This document shows, piece by piece, positions 52,075-58,960 of a stretch of 58,960 nt of DNA (its first letter is position 1; every line of letters begins with the position of its first letter). The notes under the pieces are model-generated. The model ran no database searches, had not been told where the DNA came from, and worked only from the letters and a program-made list of their open reading frames with translations. Origin of the DNA: a virus; the IMG/VR virus record IMGVR_UViG_3300029422_000005; one strand, 5' to 3'. The translations under genes and the position numbers were made by a program.

Positions 52075-52360
52075 TTATCCAGAATACCTTGAACGAAGCG
52101 CACTTATTAAAAGAATCCGGAAAGCTTATTGCGATGGCTGCGAAAACTACAATGGAGTTAAATGCCGTGCCTGCGGTATTGGTGATGCCATTGACGTTGT
52201 GGAAGATGCCCCAACAGCCTTAGAGCGTACCGCTGAATGGATTGTACAGGACGATACGTTCACAAGATTCGAGTGTAGCGGATGCCACACAAAAAATCAT
52301 CACACACGTTGGGACTACTGCCCGAACTGTGGAGCGAAAATGGAGAACGCGCATGGCTAA
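52067..52360 (+). CDS. Zinc-ribbon/Cys-rich protein (97 aa)
   Basis: CDGC...CRAC...CSGC...CPNC. Confidence 0.55.
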   Translation: MANYPEYLERSALIKRIRKAYCDGCENYNGVKCRACGIGDAIDVVEDAPTALERTAEWIVQDDTFTRFECSGCHTKNHHTRWDYCPNCGAKMENAHG

Positions 52361-52592
52361 CACACTTTGGCATCCAGCAAGCGAACAGCCACGAGAGAGA
52401 ACGTAGCTTTTGTTGCTTGCGACTAAGACAACGTGGCGTGATAAAGATGGAAAAATGTTGCAAGCAATCTCGCCGACAGCGTACTTTCTTGGCTGTTACG
52501 CAGACGGTCAGTTCTGGGATGAGATAGGCGAGAGACTGCCGAAAGACGTGACGGTGACGTATTGGATGCGCATTTATGCGCCGGAGGAATGA
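52353..52592 (+). pseudogene. DUF551-like gene interrupted by an in-frame TAG at 52404-52406
   Basis: MANTLWHPASEQPRERT-TAG-LLLLATKTTWRDKDG...VTYWMRIYAPEE. The ATG overlaps the upstream stop by 8 nt. Confidence 0.5.
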
Positions 52593-52593
52593 T

Positions 52594-52827
52594 ATGAGTG
52601 GCGAACTCAATGATTTTTTTAAAGCGTTTACGGAAGCAGCTGACAAGTTCTGCAATGAACTTGAAAAATTTGCAAAAGCAGTTAAGCAGTGCGAGACGCA
52701 ATCAGGATGCTACAATCCGAAAGACAAAAGAAAGCCAAAGCACACACGCCCGATTTACGGCAGAGGCAAGAAACCTTGTGACGGATTCAGGTCAATTATC
52801 AGAACGAGAGAGGGGTTTAGAAAGTGA
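52594..52827 (+). CDS. Hypothetical basic protein (77 aa)
   Basis: GGAGGAATGAT then ATG. Confidence 0.5.
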   Translation: MSGELNDFFKAFTEAADKFCNELEKFAKAVKQCETQSGCYNPKDKRKPKHTRPIYGRGKKPCDGFRSIIRTREGFRK

Positions 52828-53105
52828 AAAAGCTTAAATTTCCTGAGGATTTCTTTGCATACGACAACCCGGGCTGCCCCGACAAGGACATTGAAAAAGC
52901 CGTAAACAGGATGAAGAACTGGATGAATGGCGAGACCTACAAGAGCAACCCTTGGTTCTTTATGGCTGCTGGCAACTATCTGATTGTCGGTCTGATTGCT
53001 GAGGATAGGCAGAAAACAATCTACGTTGCACGGCAGTATTATGAGATAGTCAATATTCCGGGCGAAGGCTGGCTGCGTGAACCTGACGCTGAGTGCCAAT
53101 TTTAA
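52824..53105 (+). CDS. Hypothetical protein (93 aa)
   Basis: GTGA overlap. Confidence 0.5.
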   Translation: MKKLKFPEDFFAYDNPGCPDKDIEKAVNRMKNWMNGETYKSNPWFFMAAGNYLIVGLIAEDRQKTIYVARQYYEIVNIPGEGWLREPDAECQF

Positions 53106-53117
53106 GGAGGATTAAAG

Positions 53118-53348
53118 ATGGAAGAACTTAAGAGATGCCCGTTCTGCGGTGGGAAAGTTGCCATTGCCGAAACAGGCGACCATTTGACAAGCTGGATGTC
53201 CATAACAAGAGGAAACTGCAAGAATGGATGCAAGTGCCGGGTATTCATGGAAAGCAAGCCATACAACTCTGATTATTCCGAAGCGGATAAAGAAAAGATT
53301 AAGAAAGACCTTATCGAAGCATGGAATAAACGCTACAAAGAGGACTAA
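53118..53348 (+). CDS. Lar-family restriction-alleviation-like zinc protein
   Basis: TAAGGAGG RBS. LKRCPFCGGKVAI...CKNGCKCRVF...LIEAWNKRY, the Lar-family pattern from memory. Confidence 0.55.
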   Translation: MEELKRCPFCGGKVAIAETGDHLTSWMSITRGNCKNGCKCRVFMESKPYNSDYSEADKEKIKKDLIEAWNKRYKED

Positions 53349-53350
53349 GT

Positions 53351-53989
53351 ATGGACAAAAAACGAGACAGCTTTACATTCCGGCGATACTACTTTGAAGC
53401 CATCTCCACGCTGAAAAGCAAAGAGAAGCTGGAACTATACGATGCAATCTGTGCATACGTTTTTGAAGAAAAAGACGCAACTTTGAACTCAAAAAAAGCA
53501 GAATCTTGTTTCATTTTGATTAAGCATCTGCTCGATGAAGAGTGGAAAAGAAGCGGTATTGCGTCGAAAGGATGGTCTACACGAAAGTCGGTTCATCCTC
53601 ATGTCATAAATGAGATGAAGGTCAGCTCATCTATGGGTTCAAAGTCAGATGACGATGAACTCACTATATCAACTGACAGTCATATGAACGTCAAGACCTT
53701 GCCGGAGAGCGCAGTCAAAAAGAAAACTGACATCTTCTCCGACTTTGCTCATGGCGATAAAGCCCTGCTGGAATCACTGCGAGAGTTCGCACAGATGCGT
53801 ACAAGAATCAAGAAGCCTATGACAGACCGGGCAAAACAGATGCTCTGCAACAAGCTGGAAAAGTTTGATCGGCATGACTGGAAAGCCATTCTTGACCAGA
53901 GCATCTATGCCGGATGGCAGGACGTTTACGCATTGAAACAGGATGACCAGTACGAGCAAAGTACGGAGATGGAGTTTCCTAGACTATGA
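53351..53989 (+). CDS. Replisome-organizer / helicase-loader-like protein
   Basis: The N-terminus (FTFRRYYFEAISTL...LELYDAICAYVFEE) and C-terminus (...REFAQMRTRIKKPMTDRAKQML...AGWQDVY) resemble DnaD-like phage replication proteins. Directly upstream of dnaB. Confidence 0.5.
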   Translation: MDKKRDSFTFRRYYFEAISTLKSKEKLELYDAICAYVFEEKDATLNSKKAESCFILIKHLLDEEWKRSGIASKGWSTRKSVHPHVINEMKVSSSMGSKSDDDELTISTDSHMNVKTLPESAVKKKTDIFSDFAHGDKALLESLREFAQMRTRIKKPMTDRAKQMLCNKLEKFDRHDWKAILDQSIYAGWQDVYALKQDDQYEQSTEMEFPRL

Positions 53990-55191
53990 CAATGGACGTT
54001 CAAACGGTATTTATCGGTGCGCTGATGATCTGCAAGCCGGGCGTTGTGGATGAAATCATACCAGACCTTGAACTTGACTTGTTCAGACCTGAACTGAGAG
54101 ACGCTTTTGCGGCCGTTCAGGGCTATTGGACGGCTAGAGGAAAGATAGATATCGTCGAGATAAACACGCAGCATCCAGACGTAGCGCAGACGCTCTTGTC
54201 GTGTGTACAAACCTGTGAATCAGAGTGTGTACGAATTGACAGGGAGCAGATGCAGCGTTTGGCACAGCTTATCAGAGAACAAGCTGCACTCACTCGTGTG
54301 CAATGTCTGGCATTTCAGATGACCAGTGAGCTTACCGACTATTCTGATCTATCAGACATTTACCAGCAGATGGGCGAAGCAATGAGCCTGAAAGCTGAGG
54401 AAGAAGATGCGTGGACATACGAGGATGTGCTGAACGACTATGTGCTTCACATGGACGAGAAACCTGTGTACATCAAGACAGGCCTAGAGCGTCTGGATGA
54501 AGCACTACACATCTCACCGGGTGATTTCATCATCATCGGCGGTAGACCGTCTGCGGGCAAGACAGCCCTGTCCCTGCAAATAGCAGCAAGCATGGCAAAG
54601 CAAAACTACACCGTGTACTATTTCAGCTTGGAAACCAGCAAACGAAAGCTGGGTGCACGTCTGATGGCTAATCAAATATACTGTCCTCTAGACACGGTGA
54701 AAAATAAGGCGGTCAGCTTGAATGAGATTGACGGACAGGCAAAGAACATGAAGATGCCCTTATATATCCGCTCCGCTGCTGGAAAGAACGTGGCGTGGAT
54801 GAAGGCACAGGCTCTCCGTAAAAAGGCTCAGGTCATCTTCGTAGACTATCTTCAACTCATCCACGAAACAGGCGCAAAGGATAGATATGCCGCCATTACA
54901 GCCATATCCATTGCCCTGCACGAGCTGGCACAGACCACAGGCATTGTCGTGGTAGCTCTGGCACAGCTTAATCGAAACCCATCCAAGCCCGGAGCAACGC
55001 CTACTAACTCCGACTTGCGAGAGAGCGGACAGATTGAACAGGACGCTGATGCAATCATTCTTTTGTCCGGAGACAACCCCGACAAGTACCTATTCCGGCT
55101 AAGCAAGAACAAGGAAGGCGAGATAGGCGACCTTCCCATTACGTTTAACAAGCAGATTCAACGATTCCAAGAGTATACTTGGATGGACTGA
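53986..55191 (+). CDS. dnaB: Replicative DNA helicase (DnaB family)
   Basis: IIIGGRPSAGKTALSLQ (Walker A), ...VIFVDYLQLI... (Walker B), ...LRESGQIEQDAD... Confidence 0.85.
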   Translation: MTMDVQTVFIGALMICKPGVVDEIIPDLELDLFRPELRDAFAAVQGYWTARGKIDIVEINTQHPDVAQTLLSCVQTCESECVRIDREQMQRLAQLIREQAALTRVQCLAFQMTSELTDYSDLSDIYQQMGEAMSLKAEEEDAWTYEDVLNDYVLHMDEKPVYIKTGLERLDEALHISPGDFIIIGGRPSAGKTALSLQIAASMAKQNYTVYYFSLETSKRKLGARLMANQIYCPLDTVKNKAVSLNEIDGQAKNMKMPLYIRSAAGKNVAWMKAQALRKKAQVIFVDYLQLIHETGAKDRYAAITAISIALHELAQTTGIVVVALAQLNRNPSKPGATPTNSDLRESGQIEQDADAIILLSGDNPDKYLFRLSKNKEGEIGDLPITFNKQIQRFQEYTWMD

Positions 55192-55200
55192 GCACACGGG

Positions 55201-55229
55201 CTGTCAGCAATGGCAGTCTTTTGTTTTTG
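55201..55229 (+). terminator. Intrinsic terminator after dnaB
   Basis: ctgtca-gcaa-tggcag plus tcttttgtttttg. Confidence 0.6.
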
Positions 55230-55275
55230 CCAACTCCACGAGAAAGCCTGTTTTAAGACGTTTTAGATGCTAGAT

Positions 55276-56520
55276 GATAACTTTATCGACTTCCACGCGA
55301 AAACGCGCCACAGACGCTCGTAGACGGCTCTCCGTTGATGCTGATGACACATTTCAGACCAGACCAAGCAACCAGACCGATGCAAGAGCGTGGGAAACGG
55401 CTTTTCAAGACCAGACGTGAAAGTTATCGGGACAATCAGAAAAACGCGGCAGACAGGCTCCTACACGCCTTTCCAGCGATGATAGTAGCAAGATGAGTGG
55501 ATGCCAACGACTATTTGTAAAATCTCAGGACTGATTGAGACGAAAAACGCTTCGACTATCACTTTCGGAAATGGCTTTCAAATTTTTGTCCCCTTTCCCC
55601 CTTGTTTCCTCTTCCCCCCTTTTGTCCCCCTCTTTCCCCTACAACCCCTATTACCCCCTATAATCCCCCTAACATCTTCCGTGCTCCCCCTTTCCCTCCC
55701 CGTGTGTTTAGCGCGTCCGCGGGCGTTATATGTGCGGGCGCGCGTTGACGGAGCCGGGTGTGCCACGATGGTTCAAAAGTGAATAAATAACAGTTATGCG
55801 AAATTGAAAACTGGTTCTTTCCCCCTACAACCCTCTATCTCCAAAGCCAGACCGTTAGCCAGCAGAGCAGACCGTAGGCGAGAACTGGCGTGAGATTCGG
55901 GCTGGTGGATGGTCTACGACTATTTCACATGGAGAATTAACTTCATTTTGTAGTCGGCTTGATATGTACAAATGTTGCATAGCGGTATGAGCGGTTGATT
56001 ACAAATTGAAAGCGAATGACCAGCTGGATAGTCTTATTAGATAGTTAAAAGTATTGAGGTATTGCCGAATAAATAATCCTAGTCGATTGATATGATATGG
56101 TTGTAGTTGTCAGTAATTAAATCGGAGAAGAACTAACCGAATCAGATGATACAACTATTCCATTGGAATAATAGTTAAAAAGATTGAGTAATTGTTTGCG
56201 ACTATTATAATAAGTACGATGATTAAAGATTTTGAGGTAATGCGATGGAGATTAAAATTGACAGGCATCTTGACAGCTATTGATTTTGGGAGTGGTCGGA
56301 TGACTTAGCGACTATCGCACCTCTCTTTCTCTAAAAGGAGAACGACTATTTCACACAAAAAATACACGACTATTTGACGATAGCTCGCAAGAAAACGCTA
56401 CGACTATTACTCTGCGACTATTAGCGGACTGTTCGTTACTATACTATATATAGGACTTTCAAAAGCTGGTCGTCTGACGGCTTTACGACTATTTTATCAG
56501 AGAAACTACGACTATTGCTG
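55276..56520. repeat. Repeat-dense non-coding region (candidate phage lytic origin)
   Basis: [A/G]CGACTAT[T/C] x11, all in the same orientation. CAGACC x5 or more. Three TTAAA(A)GATTGAGGTAAT-like copies. C/T-rich tract at about 55583-55706 with two Rep-iteron-like TTTTGTCCCC(C) copies. Confidence 0.6.
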
Positions 56521-57012
56521 ACCTCTATTAGCTATCGGGCGAAAACCCGAAAAGAGATACGGCGGTAGCCGTCAATAGTTCCGCGCCGCCAGACTGACCC
56601 TGTACAGGTGGAGATGCTGACCCCGTCAGGCTGGCATGGTCTGCAATATGCGCACTGTCTGACATGGAGTCATAACAGGGACGCGCTCTTATATACCTTA
56701 TTATAATAAGGCGGCTGTGCTGCCCTGTATAACGTCCGGTGCGGCGTCTGGTATCTGGTATGCGCTGGAGGTGCTGCGCCGCTGTGATACGCTCCAGCGT
56801 TGCACAGGCGGTAATATAGCCGCTTGTGTCGGTCTGGTATCTGTGGCGGCTGAGCTGTTACAATCGCAGGAAAAGCGCCTGTAAAGCTTTGCGCGCTGTT
56901 TTGCGGCGTGGGTGGTATAAGTTGCATGTGCGACACAAAACACGCTGTAAACGCTTGTATGGGGCTGTATTGCAAAAGGGCAAAATAAAAGCCCTGCACC
57001 GTGTCGGATGCA

Positions 57013-57043
57013 AGGCAAAAGAAAAGCCCGGCGCGTAGCCGGG
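57013..57043 (-). terminator. Intrinsic terminator of the leftward operon (gcccggc/gccgggc plus U-run on the minus strand)
   Basis: Stem at 57025-57031/57037-57043. A-run at 57017-57024 on the plus strand. Confidence 0.7.
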
Positions 57044-57051
57044 CATATATA

Positions 57052-57246
57052 TTAGATTTCGCTGGCTTCAATCGCTGCACAGCTCCAAGCTTTTTCACCG
57101 GGAACGGTGTAGTACAAACAGTAAACGTTTGTATACGAATTGTATAGTAATGTGTATTTATAGCCTTCCTCTTCATATTTATCAAGCTGGCTTTTAATCA
57201 TCTTGCGAATGATGATTTTATAAAAATTTCTATCATGTACGGCCAT
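57052..57246 (-). CDS. Hypothetical protein (64 aa)
   Basis: ORF track. GGAGG RBS on the minus strand. Confidence 0.55.
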   Translation of the reverse strand: MAVHDRNFYKIIIRKMIKSQLDKYEEEGYKYTLLYNSYTNVYCLYYTVPGEKAWSCAAIEASEI

Positions 57247-57259
57247 TGTAAAACCTCCT

Positions 57260-57517
57260 TTATCTGATGTGTTTTAATCCTGTGACTCTTTTCACCCAAT
57301 CATAGCGGGGGTCTTTGTCTGGGTTGTAGATATGAGCCTCGCGCCACTCAGCGCTTTGGATTGCCTCAAAAAAATCGCTGTCGCTCATGCGTTCACATCT
57401 TACTTCAAGCTCTGAAAGTCGGGGGCAGTCTTTTTTGTGATGCTCAATGCCGCAACCGTTTGGACTCCAGACAATGCCGTCGCCCGTGTCATATTCATAA
57501 ATGCTTTTAATCATCAT
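57260..57517 (-). CDS. Hypothetical protein (85 aa)
   Basis: ORF track. Confidence 0.55.
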   Translation of the reverse strand: MMIKSIYEYDTGDGIVWSPNGCGIEHHKKDCPRLSELEVRCERMSDSDFFEAIQSAEWREAHIYNPDKDPRYDWVKRVTGLKHIR

Positions 57518-57672
57518 GCTTTTTCACTCACTTTCTGGGCCTTGCCCCTTTACTTTAGTATACCATGTTTGCAGTCCATTAGATAGGATTTTCAAAAAAT
57601 ATTTTTGCTCTTTTGGGCAATGGGGCGGGGTTGCTTTATCCGGTACAGCCCCGCTAAAGTGTCCGGGCGGCA

Positions 57673-57738
57673 TTACTTGGACGCCTTAAACAGCGCCGAG
57701 AAAAACCAGAAGAAAAACAGGACGCTAGAAAAAATCAT
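57673..57738 (-). CDS. Hydrophobic 21-aa peptide
   Basis: ATGA overlap with the upstream stop. MIFSSVLFFFWFFSALFKASK. Confidence 0.3.
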   Translation of the reverse strand: MIFSSVLFFFWFFSALFKASK

Positions 57739-57911
57739 GCGATCGCCTCCCGCCAAACCTCTTTATGTGCCGGGATGGATTTACAGGCGATTACATAGCG
57801 GGCCGGGTCAATCATGCGAGACTTTACGAACTGGGCACGCTCCAACGTTGAGAACGGCCCACAGAAAAACTTACCATTTGGGAGCATCAAATAAAAACCG
57901 TGATACAACAT
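57735..57911 (-). CDS. Hypothetical protein (58 aa)
   Basis: TAGGAGG RBS before the ATG at 57911 (MLYHGFYLMLPNGKFF...). Confidence 0.5.
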   Translation of the reverse strand: MLYHGFYLMLPNGKFFCGPFSTLERAQFVKSRMIDPARYVIACKSIPAHKEVWREAIA

Positions 57912-57925
57912 CTTAAAACCTCCTA

Positions 57926-58189
57926 TCAAACCACGCTGAACCGCTTGTATGTGGTGCGCTTGCTGCACTCAGCATAAATATCCGGGTGCGCTGCCTGCAA
58001 AAGCTTGCTGTCAAGTCGGACGCTTTGCACGTCCTTGTAAATGGCCTTTGCCGTGCCCTGTACCATTTCGGGCGCGCCGTGCATCATGTTGATTATATCC
58101 GCCTTGATTGCATCATTCATTGCTTCTAATTCTTCCATGAGCCGCTTGTTTTCGCGGTATGCGTTCACTTTTTCTTCAAACGTCGTCAT
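57926..58189 (-). CDS. Hypothetical coiled-coil protein (87 aa)
   Basis: ORF track. Confidence 0.55.
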   Translation of the reverse strand: MTTFEEKVNAYRENKRLMEELEAMNDAIKADIINMMHGAPEMVQGTAKAIYKDVQSVRLDSKLLQAAHPDIYAECSKRTTYKRFSVV

Positions 58190-58192
58190 TTT

Positions 58193-58417
58193 TTACGCCT
58201 CCATATAATTTGCGGGGAATGCTTCTCCGATATCCTGATAGCTTGTAAAGACGTGCGCGGAGCCCGTCAAATAATCGTGCAGACCTGCACGCAGGGCACA
58301 AAAAATACTATCAATATCGTACCTTTTGTTTTTTTCTGCATAGTTGCGCTGCCAGTGGTCTATATAGTCCCGGATAGCGGCAATCATTCCAGATGTACCA
58401 CGCCATATTATAGGCAA
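58193..58417 (-). CDS. Hypothetical protein, probably the 3' part of a gene starting at 58475 in the adjacent frame
   Basis: The ORF-track frame lacks an RBS. A strong AAGGAGGG RBS precedes the ATG at 58475 (MKYHKIRGVDKSTCTAEQKIAYNMAWYIWN...), which is one frame away. Confidence 0.45.
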   Translation of the reverse strand: MPIIWRGTSGMIAAIRDYIDHWQRNYAEKNKRYDIDSIFCALRAGLHDYLTGSAHVFTSYQDIGEAFPANYMEA

Positions 58418-58491
58418 TTTTCTGCTCCGCTGTGCAGGTGGATTTGTCCACCCCTCTAATTTTATGGTATTTCATCGTTTTGCCCTCCTTG

Positions 58492-58587
58492 TTAGCTGTT
58501 AAGAAATGCTATCATAACTAGTGCGCCGGAGATCATGCCGCCCACGTACCAGAGGGCGGCCCACTGGGTTGCATCAAGTACCAGCAT
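58492..58587 (-). CDS. Hydrophobic 31-aa peptide
   Basis: AAGGGGGTG RBS. MLVLDATQWAALWYVGGMISGALVMIAFLNS. Confidence 0.35.
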   Translation of the reverse strand: MLVLDATQWAALWYVGGMISGALVMIAFLNS

Positions 58588-58960
58588 ATTACTGCACCCC
58601 CTTGCAATACAGGCCGTTGGTGCGGCAGATAGTGCGGATACGGTTGCAAGCCTGATACAAGTGCGCGAGCTTGCACATCAAGCCACGTCTCCCGGCTGTT
58701 AGGCTCATACACCCCGCCGTGCTTGCGCTTGAGTTCGGAGGGGGTGCAGACGCGGGCGGCGATATCGGCATTGTAGCAGATGGAGCAGCCGCCGTTGCTG
58801 TACTGCTCCCAGCAGCTTGCACCGTTGAGCGCCCACCGCTCAAGCTCTGCACCGTCAATCGGGAGCCGCTCCACGTCATTTGCGCCCCACTGGATATCCT
58901 CCAGCAGGTCGAGAGCGTACAACGTGACGGCCTTACTCCATGCGCTGCGATCGTGGCGGG
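58533..58960 (-). CDS. C-terminal part of the junction-crossing hypothetical protein (same gene as 1-415)
   Basis: ORF track 58533-58922. The frame is continuous through the 99-nt overlap to the ATG at 415. Confidence 0.7.
   Translation of the reverse strand, partial: RHDRSAWSKAVTLYALDLLEDIQWGANDVERLPIDGAELERWALNGASCWEQYSNGGCSICYNADIAARVCTPSELKRKHGGVYEPNSRETWLDVQARALVSGLQPYPHYLPHQRPVLQGGAVICWYLMQPSGPPSGTWAA
58862..58960. repeat. Second copy of the 99-nt terminal overlap
   Basis: Identical to nt 1-99. Confidence 0.95.

Noticed and set aside
52404-52406. Genome-wide TAG reassignment (alternative genetic code)
   Set aside because: All other genes, including the long structural ORFs, are intact under the standard code and end at normal stops. 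No suppressor tRNA (CTA anticodon) was found.
55500-56520. Possible CRISPR array, because of the many short direct repeats
   Set aside because: The repeat unit is only about 9 bp, spacing is irregular (14-360 bp), several repeat families are interleaved, and there are no cas genes. This fits an origin or iteron region better.
56670-57185. 171-aa minus-strand ORF
   Set aside because: Runs through the intrinsic terminator at 57013-57043 and overlaps the better-supported 57052-57246 gene. The upstream part lies in GC-rich non-coding sequence.

Overview
The window is one complete circular replicon. Nt 1-99 are identical to nt 58862-58960, so the unit length is about 58,861 bp, and one minus-strand ORF reads in frame across that junction. 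I read it as a siphovirus-type phage-plasmid of a Gram-positive host, probably Clostridia-like. That host guess rests only on the strong AGGAGG ribosome-binding sites (RBS) and the protein families present.

Modules:
- Accessory and regulatory block (0.9-5.8 kb): zinc-ribbon membrane protein, Rha/KilAC antirepressor, ribbon-helix-helix (RHH) protein, small serine resolvase with a candidate res site, a tandem paralog pair, YjcQ.
- Rightward late operon (5.9-23.9 kb): TerL, a promoter-driven structured RNA locus with tRNA-Met(CAT), portal, scaffold, E-type major capsid protein, connectors, major tail protein, G/GT chaperone with an AAAAAAC -1 slip site, 1318-aa tape measure, tail tip and fibre proteins.
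- Visibly GC-richer mosaic block (23.9-27.3 kb) carrying the GH25 endolysin and holins, followed by a sigma-region-4-like regulator.
- Two terminator-bounded sRNA-like units, then an orphan six-gene operon (28.4-31.5 kb) of low-complexity, membrane-anchored and Cys-rich proteins that I cannot assign to any family. This is my best candidate for something new.
- Leftward plasmid-maintenance block (32.0-37.4 kb): BRO and RHH proteins, ParA, Rep_3 initiator, and an iteron origin.
- Rightward early region (37.5-55.2 kb) with many translationally coupled small genes: XRE switch, second Rha/KilAC, AAA_24 ATPase, DUF669 SSB-like protein, a split and motif-permuted C5 DNA methyltransferase encoded by two ORFs overlapping by 548 nt, RecU, several DUF551 proteins, a GP3-type TerS, a Lar-like protein, a helicase-loader-like protein and DnaB.
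- A 1.3-kb repeat-dense non-coding region (55.2-56.6 kb, likely the lytic origin).
- A short leftward operon that crosses the junction.

No integrase, reverse transcriptase, CRISPR array or rRNA was seen. All start sites, folds and family names come from reading the sequence and from memory of family motifs. No searches were run.
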